64,000 nucleotides of DNA, from the NCBI GenBank assembly GCA_013239625.1, contig MU054187.1, forward strand, positions 21,207,280 through 21,271,279, written 5' to 3'. The DNA is from Lama guanicoe. Its lineage: Eukaryota. The first letter of the stretch is position 1, and every line of letters starts with the position of its first letter. The notes under the pieces are model-generated. The model was not told the DNA's origin, did no database searches, and saw only the letters and a list, made by a program, of their open reading frames with translations. Both the position numbers and the translations under genes were made by a program. This document shows, piece after piece, positions 12,230 to 25,285 of this stretch.

Positions 12230-12930
12230 ATTTATTCATTAATATTTTTATAATGTATTTATCTAGCTTCTACTCTGCATGTAAATGTAATGGAATAGAT
12301 GTCTACATAATTGGTGATTGTCTATGGTGTGATAAATGCTATAATTAAAGTCCACATCTAGAAGTGACACCTGACCAAGACCAAGGGGCCTAGAAATTTT
12401 TTCTAGAAAATGTTGCATTTGGTTGAGTCTTGAAAAACTTGGAGGCATAACCAGGTGAATAGTAAGGAAAGAGAAATGCATTTCAAACAAGTTAGGGATT
12501 AAGGGAAATATGGCAACTTGGGGAATCGTGTGGGAGTATACATGGAAGTAAAGAGACATAAAAATGAGGAGGCAGCAAGGGTTCAAATCCTTAATGACAC
12601 TGTAGGTCACGTTAAGAAGTTTATCCTAAAAGCGATGAGGACTTACTGAAAGAGGTTAAGCAGAAGAGCCAGTCAGTCGTACAAACCTTTCACTGGAGAA
12701 ATGGAGGCAAAGATGTGGGTAATTAAACGGGAGGGAAACGTGGAGAGAACTGAGAGAATTCTTCTTTTGATGGCTTTCATTTTCTCTATTCGTAAATTGC
12801 TGAAATCGTCTCCTGCCAGTGAGGAAGAGGAGGGTGGAGTAGTGGGTTTCTGGAATGTGGCAAAGACCACAAGTATCATCTGTAGGGAAGTGGGGCAGAG
12901 AACTGACCCGAGAAGTGATGAGAAGTGAGA
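12230..12930 (-). mobile_element. LINE-2 fragment (long)
   Basis: Purine-rich L2-like segments: ttgagtcttgaaaaac..., aagaagtttatcctaaaagcgatgaggacttactgaaag, gaggagggtggagtagtgg. Confidence 0.55.
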
Positions 12931-13589
12931 ATTTCACACTGTAGAACTTCCTTTTCCTTTGTCAAGGCATTGCTTCCCATCTTTTTCTCCTTGCTCAGCA
13001 GTCTGTAAGAAAGGCTAGAAAACACTGCAGCTAAGTCCCTAAAGCAAAGAAATCTCAGGCAGAGTGAACTGAAATGTAGGCTTTACCAGCTAGAGGAAAC
13101 AGAACAAGGGTTAGGGATGTTGGCAAACAGCCAAAGTGATGAGCTGAGGAATCTTGACTCGATACAAAGGGGGGGGGGAGACAGGATGGAGCAGATAGAT
13201 TAGACATTGAAGTCTGTTAGTCTAGAACATGTGGAGAAGACACAAGGGTATAAAAATCTTGAAAGGGAAGAAGGAGGTGATGAAAGTGTAGAAGACTGGA
13301 GTTTACAGTTTTAAAGGTGAAGGAATTCTGGGAAAGTCCATGAGAATGATGGGAAAAAACTTCAGAAACAATGATGTAGTTCTTTAAGAGAGCGAAGTGA
13401 AAATCTAATTAAGCAGTCAACAGTCAAAGAATCCCATCATTTTTACTTCTATGATTTATTCACTAGAAAATAATTTAGGATGGCACAAGTACTATTAGCA
13501 ACCTAGGGTATTAGTAAGAGATGATTGCAAACAGCTTAGAAGGGCAATAACAGAGGAGGATTTAAATGAATTATGATAAATCAAAAATG

Positions 13590-13968
13590 TATGGAAGTAC
13601 AAACTGGAGGAGCCTTTATGGAAGAAATTTGGCTTTGTCCGTCAGGAATGCCACATCTACAAATTTACCCAGAAGGTATATTCGTACACGTGCAACATGA
13701 AGAATGGACAAGGTGCTTTGTTGCTGCATTGTTTGTAGGAGTAAAATGCCCATCAGACAGCACATCCATTAAACAGAATATTATGAAGCTATAAAAACTT
13801 GATGTGAAAACTCTTCACTGGTGTGTAATGTTCCCCAAGCTACATTGTTAATTTAAAAAGCAAAATACATTGTTAATTTACAAAGTAAAACAACAATGTT
13901 CAGAACAGAGTGTGTGGTATAATGACACCTATGTTTAAAAGGGGATGTCCAGACATGTATTTACATAC

Positions 13969-14015
<47 letters not shown>

Positions 14016-14200
14016 CACAAATTACTTTCAGATAAATTTATAAGAAAATAATAGCATTAGTTGCCAGTGAGAAGAGAATTTGGAGGATGATGATGACAGA
14101 AGTGGAGAAAAAACTTTCATAGCCATTTTACTGTGTATCCTTTCACTTATGAATTTTGAATAATAAGAATGTATTTCCATTTGGAAATTTAAAAAAATCA
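13590..14200 (+). mobile_element. Old LINE-1 (L1ME-like) 3' end with internal (TG)n
   Basis: ccacatctacaaatttacccagaag, ttgctgcattgtttgtag, and terminal gaattttgaataataagaatgtatt..aaaaaaa. Confidence 0.65.
13974..14012. repeat. (TG)n microsatellite
   Basis: Perfect TG run, directly visible. Confidence 0.97.
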
Positions 14201-15204
14201 AGATACTGATATAACAAATCTAAACATAAAAGTTATTGTAAAATATTCTTTTAGTGTCTTGAAAATATGTTCAAAATAATGAGCTTGGGGGGTAGGGGAG
14301 AGAACATTCAAAAAATAAAGCTACATAATGCAAGCATAGTAAAATGATAAGAAAGTACCCCCAAAAATATCAGTCTGGCTATAATAGGTGGTATGTTGGG
14401 TTGAAAGCAATTTTTATTCTCTTCTTTTTGTTAAAGAATATTTTGGATACATCTCAGTGCATAGGCATTATTCACATTTGGGAAAGTTGGAAAGTTTTTT
14501 TTTTTTTAATGCTTTTCAATCACTCCGGAAACTCTATTCTTTCAAATGTGGAGACCATGTTTCAGATAGTTTGTAATAAAATTGAATAGATATATATGTA
14601 TTCTGTACATTTCTTCTGTAATATCTTTCATTTGAACAAAAGACCAGTCTTCTGACAGATGTACCTACCAAGAACTTTTATCTGTTATCATAAATAAAAT
14701 ATATTCACTGATACAAATTAAGAGAATATTGCAAGAATGAATCTCTGAGAGAAATTTTATGAAGAATAATACAGATTGTTAGTAGGCCCACATAACTCGC
14801 AACTGAAATGAATGGCCATTCTCTTTTACATCTTCAGCATAATTGACAATAAAGAAATAACTTACCTTAAACATTCAGATAAATGAGCATATCTTATAAG
14901 AACAGTGTCTGCAAAATTTTGGTTTCAGGCAGAAGCTAGGAATTTTAGTAAAATTGTGAATACCATTTGAAATACCACTGTATTTTTTCACTGGCTAATT
15001 CACAAGTCTAATAAATAGATAGTCATGAGAGAGATGAGAAGGAGGTGCTAGACTTGTTCATGACACAACATAATTATCTTTAAAAGTTTATATTTAATGC
15101 ATCTGTTATAATTCAAATTAGATTCTTTGAAATATTCTTTAATTGAATGGTTATAGAACCTTTTGCACACTCTTAAGCACTGGAATTATACAAGCTTTCA
15201 GCCT

Positions 15205-16085
15205 CTCCTCCTCATCTCCACTATTATTAACGTCTTGTATTAGAGGGGCACATTTTTCACAATTGATGAACCAATATTGGTATGTTATTATTAATTGAAG
15301 CTCATAATTTACATTAGGCTTCACTCTGTGTTGTAAATTCTATGAGTTCTGACAAATATATAATGACAAGTATCCAGTATTACATCATCATATAGAACAT
15401 TTTCACTGCCTAACTAATGCATTTACACAAGTTGCAATGCCATTTTCTATTCCTGCCAGCAAAGAATGAAAGTTCCTGTTGATGTACTTCCTTGCCATCA
15501 CTTGGTGCTGTCAGCGTTTTGGATTTTAGCAATTCTGGCAGCTACGCTGTGGTATCTCACTCTTGTTTAATTTGCAATCCTCTGTTGACACATGATGTTG
15601 AGCATAGTTCCATCTTCTAATTTGTCCTCTGCAGGTTTTCTCTGGTGAGATGACTAGTCAGATAGCCCATTTTTAAACTGTGTTGTTTGTTTCCTTACTG
15701 TTGAATTGTAAGAGTTCTTTGTGTATTTTGGACACCAGTCCTTCCTCGGATATATATTTTGCAAATATTTTCTCCCAGTTTGAGACTCATTCCATTCTCT
15801 AAACAGTCTTTCACAGAGCGTAAGTTTTTATTTTAATGAAGCCCAATTTATTTTTTTTTTCATGGATTAAAGTGTTTTCCTATTTGGAAACTCATCGTCA
15901 AACCTTAGTTCACCTATACTTCCAAGTATATTATCTTGTAGGAGTTTTATATTTGTGTATTTTACATTTCAGTCTATGATCCTTTGGAGTAATTTTTTGT
16001 GAAAAATGTTAAGGTCTGTGTCTAGAGTCATTTTTTTTTTTGCATGTGGATGTGATGTCCAGTTGTTCCAACATCATTTTGAAAA
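15205..16085 (-). mobile_element. LINE-1 (L1MC/L1MD-like) 3' region, internally deleted
   Basis: acaattgatgaaccaatattg, ttcactct, ggattttagcaattctg, tttgcaaatattttctcccagt, gtccagttgttccaacatcattt are L1 3'UTR/ORF2 C-terminal motifs in reverse. Confidence 0.85.
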
Positions 16086-16944
16086 ACTTTCATTAAAAAT
16101 ATTTTTTGTCTATTTTTTGTTGACTTTCTAGTTTGGATCTGGTTCCATAGTTGTAGAATTAAGCTCATTTCTACTCTACACTCCAAGATTTCTCCCCACA
16201 ATACCATACTTTTGGAAGAAATGTTCCACGTTCTTTCAGCCTTCTGTCTAATGGGGAAATCTCTTTCATGGAATCCCTGCAGCTCATTAAATCTTCATTA
16301 AAGAGTAGGCAACGACTTCATAAAGCAGCTCATCCCTGTGTTGGATAACCCAAGTTATAATTCATTCATTCAACATATAGTGCACACTCACTACGTGTCA
16401 GATATTGGACTAAGAAGTTATACTGAGCCCAAATTTATAAGATCCTGATCTAGTTCTCTTGAGAAATATACGGACATCGACTTCCTCTTCTATGCATTGA
16501 TTTTGGTAGATGTTAGAATGCCTCTCCCTCCTCTCATTTGAACACGTCCCTGTTCTTTCATATGTTCCTGATGCGACATTGATGTACCTTAATCAGAATG
16601 AAATTTCACTTGTCTGTGCTCCTCTCAAAACATTATTGACTCAGAGATAAACATCCTGCTTTAAGTCATCCATCTGGTTTAGTGCACAGTGGGTCTATTT
16701 ATTTTCTGGGACTTGGATAACATCTCTATTAATTACGCCTTAAATCTTTGGTAAGTTTGCTGCCAAAATGACATAGTGCACCATTATATTAAATTCATTA
16801 TGAAATTAACATTTGCCTGGTGGTCATATTTGATATTATTTTTTAAATATGGAAAATCTCAGTATGAGATGCCTTGAGAGAATGGAGGAGCAGGAGACTG
16901 ATTTTAATTGAACATTGTACTGAAGTATCCTAAGAGGCAGCATT

Positions 16945-17150
16945 GCTATGATAGGGCAGATGCTGGATTTGGCATTGGACGACCCAAATTGAGCCTGTAT
17001 CTGATACATACTAGCTGTTGTCCTCAAGTGAGATATTTAACTTCTTTGAGCATCCAGTACTCCTCTCTAAAATAATGAAGATAGCAGTCCTTGCCCCTTT
17101 CTGTCTTCTAGCGAGTTTTGAGAAATTAATGTGACAACATATATGAAAAT
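16945..17150 (+). mobile_element. MIR SINE
   Basis: actagctgttgtcctcaagtgagatatttaacttctttgagcatccagt...tgagaaattaatgtgacaacatatatgaaa. Confidence 0.65.
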
Positions 17151-17164
17151 AATTCCTAGGTGAG

Positions 17165-17475
17165 GTTCACTGAGGCATAATGTACATACAGTAAAAATCA
17201 CCCTTGTGAGTGTGTGATTCTGTCAGTTTTGACGGATCATATAGTCATGGACATACCCCTGCAGCCATGGTTTAGATGATCTCACCATCTGTCATTTCCC
17301 TCCAGCCTCTTTGTCGTCTGCCTCTAGCAATATACTAACATGCTAATATACTAATACACTAATATGCTATGTGCCTCTATAGTTTTACCTTTCCCAGAAT
17401 GTTATATAAATGGAATCATACTGGATGTGGCTTCCTTCACTTTTCATCATATTCTGTGATGACTCATCCACGTTA
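17165..17475 (-). mobile_element. LINE-1 (L1MB/MC-like) 3' end
   Basis: ttcactgaggcataatgtacatacagtaaaaatcaccctt...tatagttttacctttcccagaatgttatataaatggaatcatac. Confidence 0.8.
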
Positions 17476-17620
17476 TTATACTTATATAACATATATTTAT
17501 ATTATATATATATTTACATGTGTATTATATATTATTTATTTTATATATACTTATATATATTATATATTTTGTATTACATATTGATATAATATATTTCAAA
17601 TATATATTAAATACTTATAT
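17475..17620. repeat. AT-rich low-complexity (TA)-like tract
   Basis: Nearly pure A/T degenerate TA repeats. Confidence 0.85.
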
Positions 17621-18099
17621 TTCTTCCTTTCATTGATATATGAAGAAAAGATGTTTTTAATTGTATTGAAATCATTGAAATCAATGAATATATTTTGAGA
17701 AAAAGATAAAACACATTTCTTTTATAAAATTATCATTAAATTATTGGACTGAATAAAGATATATAATACATCTAGTAACATGAAATACAGACAATGGCAT
17801 GTTCATAATTCTCTCAGGCCCTGCATCGTCACTTTGGAAATACTTACCTATTTCTTTCTGATGAAAACCAAATCCCAGGGGCGTAGTTTTCAGAAAATAT
17901 GCCTTCGTAATGTTTGTAGTCATAGAGTTTGCGACGAAATTAAAAACAGGAGGTGGTTTTCTTGAAACATGTGGGATTGAAAGGCCAAGGTGTGACTGAT
18001 TGTGTGGGATTTTTTGTTGTTGTTCCTGTTGCCAAAAAAAGCGCTTTTGAGCTGAACAAGAGAAGTATAAAATTAAAGTAATTGCACACTTCAGATTTC

Positions 18100-18300
18100 A
18101 GTAGGACGTGAAATCTTGCTGGCAGCCTGGTGTTTCTCGGGCACTGCGGGCTGCCGGCCTGTGGTGAGGTACGTGACACGTGGACGCTGCGTGTTGCTGC
18201 CGGTGATTCTCCCGGCGATCTTGGGGAGAAGCTCTTGTGCCGCCCCCGCAGCGGGCCGGCGGGGCGCCAGCCTGCATTCCAGAGCCTGCCTCTTCCCATC
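18100..18300. promoter_or_regulatory. Small CpG-rich island-like segment, candidate promoter
   Basis: About 15+ CpGs in ~180 bp within a CpG-poor window. TACGTG 18170-18175 next to CACGTG 18177-18182; GC boxes ccgcccc and ggcggggcg at ~18240-18266; no repeat recognised. Confidence 0.6.
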
Positions 18301-18648
18301 TGACAGTTATTCCATGTCCCTTGTTTGTTGGTTCCTAGTTCACTAGTCATTGTGTATAATTGCATGTTAGAGGGATGTTACACAGCAACGAATTACAATC
18401 AAACTTGGCTTGTTAGTGCATAAAGCTGGGGTTGTTAATCGCAATTATTTTAGCAGGAGCCCAAGCTCCCTGAAATGCAGATGCCAGGTTACTGTCATTT
18501 CGACTTCCTCATTCGGACCCTGCTGATGTATCAAAGGCCATTTGGATCTTGTTTCCATCAAGCTGCTTTTGTGTAACATTGGACATTGCCTCTTGGCTTT
18601 TAGATTGTTTGGTGAAACTGGACTAAATCCACAGGCCTGGTATCAGAG
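18300..18648 (+). other. Candidate non-coding first exon (5' UTR); start approximate
   Basis: Unique sequence downstream of the CpG cluster, ending at a donor-like GAG|GTATGA (GT at 18649-18650). No ORF runs through the donor from a clear start. Confidence 0.35.
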
Positions 18649-18959
18649 GTATGATTTCTCCTAAAAATTGTGTTGATTTTCTGATTGTTTTTTATATAGA
18701 AAATCAAATTACCGCACACCTGGTGGGAAATACATTGAATTAGTATATTGCAAAGTTGTTGCTATAAACAGAAATTCGGGTTTTTAAAATAAAGTTTTTG
18801 ATTTAGGCTTTTTAAAGACAGAAAGCAACAAGGATTAGAAGTTCCCCACTCTCCCAATTGTCACATTACCAAATTAGAACATTCAGGATTCTAATACAGC
18901 CAACATCCTACAAAAATAAACAAATAAGCATTTTATAGAGCAGACCTCCCTTGAAAGAT

Positions 18960-19135
18960 GGAACATAGTCATTATGTATCCTAACTACGACCTTGGGCAA
19001 ATTTCTTAACCTTGTGAGCATTAGTTCTGCATCTATAAAATGGGGATATTAACTTTTCTCAAGGAATTTTGTGAGGAAAAAATGAATTATATTGGTAAAA
19101 TTCTTGGGCTATTTACTTGGTTCATTAAAAAACAC
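18960..19135 (+). mobile_element. MIR SINE
   Basis: gaccttgggcaaatttcttaaccttgtgagcattagttctgcatctataaaatggggata is the MIR core. Confidence 0.8.
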
Positions 19136-19444
19136 TACGGAGTGTTTGTTATGTAAGAGAAATAAATCTGGTAATCCTGGCTGTATATTGAATTACAGTA
19201 CTTTGGACAATGATTTACACATAGAAATTAGGGGTTCAGTGTTTGTCTATTACACAACAAACTTCTCAATAAAAACACTTTTATGGCTTTATTTATGATT
19301 GGTACTTTAATCTTTATCCTTTTATACAGAATATTCTAATAGTTTATCCTGGATTGGCTCATTTCTCATCTGCTGCTAATCCAGTAGCCATGCATTGATG
19401 TACAACTCTGAAAATAGCTTTTTTCCAGTTCATTCTTTCCTTTG

Positions 19445-20005
19445 ACAGTTCGTTCATTCATCAGTTATTCATTCATTCAGAATCTGTGTGTCCTTGACTA
19501 TACACATCTTGTATGCATAAAGTGTGTTGCCTTTATTTCTTCTTTTGAGGGAACTAAGTAGATGAATTTTTATAATATAAGGGGGAAAGAAGCTCTTTGG
19601 TGGCAGAAGAAAGATGAAGATAAAAGTCCCAAGGGAGTTCAGGAAAGAGGGACACTGATTCTCTCTGAGAGGCTGGAGAAGGCTTTAAATTGAGAAATGG
19701 TCAATTTGGGACATGCAAAGAGAGAATTTTAGATCCAGGGAACTATAGAACTAGGGGGTCGAGAAAAGTATCTTAGTGTTTGGGGACCTAGAGCATTAGA
19801 CTGGAACACATCAAAGGTGAAGAAGGGCTGGGGAAATCACATTTGCAAATACAGTTAGACGAGATCATAGAGAGCTCTGAATGCAGGTGAGGACTTTGTG
19901 CTTTGTTCAGTGGACAGAGAGTGTGTGCACAGCCCTGGAAAGGAGGACATGAGCTCACAGCTTTTAACAGAATCAGTCTGGATAGTGCTTAGAGCTTGAA
20001 TGAGG
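19445..20005 (-). mobile_element. LINE-2 fragment
   Basis: ttcgttcattcatcagttattcattcattca tail, followed by purine-rich L2-like sequence. Confidence 0.55.
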
Positions 20006-22744
20006 AGCAAAAACATCTTTTGACTTATTTATTTTTACTTTTCCAAAATCTCTCCTTCATTCTAACAGCTCCAAAAATATTTTCTTCAGAAAACTGCCCT
20101 ATGTGGATCACCTACTAGCTTACTCCCTCCCAAAGATTTACTTTAATGGAATTGGCTTTGAAACTGTGCCACAAAACTCTTCTTATGGTAACTGAGAGAC
20201 TAAAATCCTTGACCTTGGAAGCTCAGAGCTTTAAAATTCTGTCAAGCAAAAAATGGGAACAAATAGGAAACTTTAAATAAGTTTCTTGCCACCCTTTACA
20301 TGTCTGTTTTCCTGTACGTTATCTATGGGGAGAGGGGGTGGTTCCTTTAGAATGATCCATGTACAAATAGTATGGTTTATTTTTTTCCCACTTTTTTCTT
20401 TTCAACTGCTTTATTCACATTTTTTTGAGAATTAAACTCTCGTATGTAATATAACATTTGTGCTATAAATTCTTAAGAAGTCCCTAATTGATGTATATAC
20501 TTAAAAACAAAGGAATGTCAAAGAAAACGTTTTACATTGAGTATCAGTGCTCAATAATCTGCTCAGATAATCCAATTAGGTAAATAATTGGATACATTAA
20601 TAATTACATAAATAGTTGAATACATTTGAATCTGCTTCTTCGAAGGGATTTATTAGATTTATAGGCTTATCACCATCATCATCTTTAAAATGTTTAATAA
20701 TCTTTAAAATATTCTTACCAAGAGATAAATGAAAAATTAAAAGTGAGTTCATGTGACTGACATTTGGTACAAAATAGTCAAATGTATTTATGACTTATAT
20801 TCATTGATCTCCTTTAGTAAATTACTTTTCAAACTTTGGACATTTTGGAAAATGAAGCCTTCCACTTTAGTTGATCTTTTTGCTTCTTTAAAAAATAGTC
20901 CTCATATGATAAAGTACTTTTAATACAATATACAGCATCTTCTATGGTTCATGCTTTTGGGTGTCTTCATTTTGTGTACATTTCTTAATTTAACAATGTG
21001 CTTTGAGTTTTCATTAGTTATTGGAAATCATTTTAAGTTGAGGAAATCTTAACATTTTATACTGTTAGATGAAGGCAGTGTTAACTCAAGAAATGAAATT
21101 TCCATGCATTTATAGGTATCAAGTTGTAATTGTTTATGTTACATTTATTACCCTGGTCTAGCTTATGAAATCTGCATATTATGCAAATAAGTTCCTTCTC
21201 TATGAAGTATTCAAGGTTGTTCGTATTAATATTATAAATACTATTATCAGAGTTATGCATAATAAGATTAATTTTTTAAAAATCTCGGCCTCAGAGAATA
21301 AAATGAAATTTAGTTTAATATGAAATTCTTATTCCCATTAAAGTGACTTCTAATTCAGGGAATCAATGTTTCTGATGCATTAAGTAGCCTAACTATAAGA
21401 TTCTTGTCATTATGAGGTATAGGATGAAGTAAAAGTTGAGTTTATTAGCTGTTTCAATAATTGATGTATTGTCCATTTCACCACTATTGGCACCATTTTT
21501 GCTACAACATTTCAAATGGAAAAGAAATGGAGGCTTAACAGTAAAATGAATTGTTGACTGAAGATTTTAAAACAGAAAGTTTAAATTAGCTGAAAACAAA
21601 ATTTTAATAGTACGTAATTTCCACCACAGTCATTTCATGCAAAAGGTCTGTAAAAGGTCTTATTGCTATTTGCCCAAAATTTTGGAAATCTTTGGAATTG
21701 TTTGAGTTAAAAAAATCTTTTTAATAAAAGTAGTGGGAAACAGTTAGAGAAAAGAAAAACAATTATTTTTCCCAACTAGAAGTGTGTGTTCTTATCTACT
21801 TACAAACTATTGTTACAACCCAGAAATGGGGTAAGTACAAGTTTATGAGCAAAGTACATGGGGCTACTGTAAATTTTCTAGCTCTTTAAACCCTTGTATA
21901 CGTGGACTGTGTTCCGCCAATGGAATTTCAAGCTCTGTAGTGTTGTTACTTAGGAAATATATTTGCAATTGTGATAATCTCTCAGGCTTTATCTTGACCT
22001 TGTCCTGAAGGTGAAAAGTCCAGTTTTTACGGATTGCAAAGAGGCATCCCTGTAAATGTACTTCCTGCAAGTGCTTTTGCTATGGAAACTGGGATTTTTA
22101 GGAGTATCTTAGACTAAGTTTTGTGTGGTGAGTGTACTCGCTACTCTGCTGTATATTTCTTTGACAGAACAGAGAAATCACAGATGTGAGGGAAACCCCT
22201 TTTAGATATTTTTAAAAGATATTTTAAAATGTGTAAAACAAGTTTGGACAGATTGGAAAAGTCTCTAATGTAAAATTTCTGAGGGCAAACAGCTCTATTT
22301 TCGTGAAGGGCGAGAAAGAGAAATACATTTAGATGTATACTAATGAGAAAGGATGGTAGTTTCTTTAATGAGGAATATGAATCATGATAAATTGTTTGCT
22401 GGTAAATTAGATAATTAGTGTTAAGAGAAGTTTCTAGTAAAGAAAATGTGTTTTGTACCTAGTGGCTAAATAAATTATTGTAGGTATGGTGTCTAGAATT
22501 TTTTTTTTAAACCTATTCAGTTTCTATTGTCTCATTCCTTTGGAGTGGATCAAGTCAGTTGCATTAATGAACACTTTCAAGAAAGCTTATTAGGTTGGAA
22601 TATTTTGGCTGAACGTATGATATATAAAAGTATTAAGTATTTAGTCAAAAGAATGACAGTACAGAAGATTTTTCAATTTGGTGTTAAGTTTACTAAATGA
22701 TACAATGATACGAGGTGAAATATGAATCAGTTTAGGAGGTTGGA

Positions 22745-22995
22745 AGGATTATACTAAAAACAGGCACTCATTCAACGATATTTGAGTTATTACTACCAGG
22801 TGTCATGGATAAAGTGGTGAATGGAAGTGGATACAGCCCCGACTTCCTACATCTTATAATCTGAGATAGAGGCTGTGGTTGGGTCCATACGGAAAATCAC
22901 CATTGAGGAGAGGAGCGTGGTAGTAGGGGAGACTGGAGTGGAACTCTCTGATTAGATGGGGAGGTCAGAGGCCGTGCTCATTAAAATGTGAGATG
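22745..22995 (-). mobile_element. LINE-2 fragment
   Basis: cactcattcaacgatatttgagttattactaccagg...ggaggtcagagg. Confidence 0.5.
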
Positions 22996-25014
22996 AATGT
23001 AATCCTGTTTCATATATCCAACTGACTATAACAAGAGAAAGTTAGCATGGAATCATTCCTAGATAAAACCTTATTCCACAAACAACCTATTGAATAGTCA
23101 AAGCACCCCTCAAGCTTCTACTTCCATACTTAACTCTGTGGAAAAATCTGTCTTGCTTTCTAAAAAGATCAAAATCAAGAAATTTGAAGTATTCATCTTT
23201 TTTTTTTTAATCTCATCAAATGCTATTCCTTGTACTCTTACCATTACTCCCTGGAGGTTAACAGAGGTTTACTTGCTGATAATGTCCTATTCCTCTTGAT
23301 ACCTGTAGGTTCTTGTCTCACATTTACTCTCTTCCAACCCACATCTATCCAAATAGTATCTTCATTCCCTTATTGCCGCACGTCTCAAATACATTTACTC
23401 TACTTATAAACATATCCATGGAACCAGAGCAAACACGTTTCTCGTGCTAACCTACGGTCGTGACATCTTACTCATTTGAGGAAAAGGTTGGAGCTATAAA
23501 ATGACGTAGCAAATGCAGAAGGGGGTGCAACCTTAGATAAACGTTTTCATTCAATTTTGAGCGTTGTCATTTTGAAGAGGCCCTGTAGGTAACTGCAGTA
23601 ACCACAGCTGGAGCTCCAGTGTAAATACATCTGTAGCAAAACAGGTTTTGTAGCATTAGATTTTTGTAGTAATTAAAGCATGGTTTTGGAAGGTGAGGTG
23701 ATTCACAGACAGAATACAGAGTAAAAGGGACGCAAGGAAGACCTCAGTGCTCCTCACGCTGGCCAAATAACATGGCGCTAGAACATTTGGGATGATCATA
23801 TGCCACTCTCTTTGCTTCTGTCTGACTCACTTACCCCTTTGTAAAGTACAAATCTTACCCCTACTTTATTTTCTATGTCAGATCTCAACTCTTTCTGTTC
23901 TTATTGTCTCCATAATGGCTGTTTTGGTCATTTTGACCTCACTCACAGATGGCCTCCTACTTCCTTACACCATTCATGCATCTGTGCTTAATTTTTTTTT
24001 GTAAAGCAGATTGTAACTGTTGGGTGTTAGGGATTCTCCTGTAGCATCTAACCCCGTGTCTTCCTCACCATGAGCATGCTCTGTCTCTGTCTAAATCCAA
24101 CGTGACTCCCGGGTCCTTTTTGGAATCACTTTATGCAAAGACAAAAATACTAAGCAGATTTTGCGAGTTGTACTTCAGAGAAAAGAATCAGATCACAGCT
24201 TTACAGAAAGTGATTTTTAACATTTTATCTTGGTTCTCAGAGCTGAGACAATAAATAATATTTCTCACATTATTTCTCCAGTGATATTTTAAACTGCCTT
24301 CAGGATTCAGAGAAAGATATAGCTGCCAAACAGGTTTAAACACTAATTGCATCAGACCAAACAAATAATGTAGAGGAGTATCAGAACAGAAACCCCTTTT
24401 TTGCCATAAGTCAAGAATGGTTCCCATTAATTTTTAATTTCTCCAACTAAATACTTGTTCACTAAATCAACCAGTCTTTTTTTAAATTTCACAGATCAAA
24501 TAACATTTTAATTTTTTCTTACTTTAAAACCCCCTTTCTGTTTCTTTCAGGCATGAATTCTCAGTGGAAGATTATCAGTAAAAGTCTTTGTGATACAGAC
24601 TATGTATTGATATGGATTGCTAATCATTCTAAAACCCAGGAGTTTTATATATGTGGATATGGGTGTCACATCTTTATGGTATTTTTATTCCTTAACAGAA
24701 TTCATCTATACCTCTGTTTAGAAGATTAGTGATTTAGCCCTACTAAGACAGTAAATGCATCCTGGTCAAAGAGATGAAATGATTGTCCCCTATAGTGAGA
24801 ATTCATTGCCAAATGGAGGAAAGGCAAAAAGATAAATAAATTGAAATAAATACAAACAGTGTAATGTGTTCTGAACAGGGGAAACAATTGAATGGCAGAG
24901 GAGAGAAGAAAAGGAAATCTGATCTAATGTCTAAATAAAAATAACTTCAACATCCGGTTTTCTGGATGATCACTTTTTGCATAAGCAAAAATACTATGCA
25001 GTCTATCAATGTTG

Positions 25015-25150
25015 TCAATGTATCAGAATCACCTATTTTGGCTTCTAAAGTTACAGATGCTTGGCCCTGCCCTAAATAAGGTGAATCAGAATACCTGAGA
25101 TTGGAAGTTTTCTCTGTAATTCAGAAGAGCTTTAGATATTATTTTAATTA
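25015..25150. mobile_element. MER5-like hAT-Charlie remnant
   Basis: atcagaatcacct...aaagttacagatgcttggccctgccc...tgaatcagaatacctgag resembles MER5. Confidence 0.6.
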
Positions 25151-25243
25151 CCTCTCTATAAAGGGTAATCCTGCATCCTGTTTGCCCAGGCAGGGCAAAC
25201 AAGGTTGGCCCCAGTGCTTCCGTGCACTAACTAGTGCGCATGT

Positions 25244-25285
25244 GCTCGCTCACGCTCGCTCGCTCGCTCGCTCTCTCTCTCTCTC
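25244..25285. repeat. (GCTC)n then (CT)n microsatellite
   Basis: Directly visible; the GCTC repeats retain CpGs. Confidence 0.9.

Noticed and set aside
17940..18365. 141-aa minus-strand ORF across the CpG-rich segment
   Set aside because: Pro/Arg/Gly-rich read-through typical of stop-poor GC-rich DNA; no homology recognised.
18300..18648. Assigning a host gene name
   Set aside because: No coding exon is present, and I cannot recognise the putative UTR with enough certainty; BLAST is needed.
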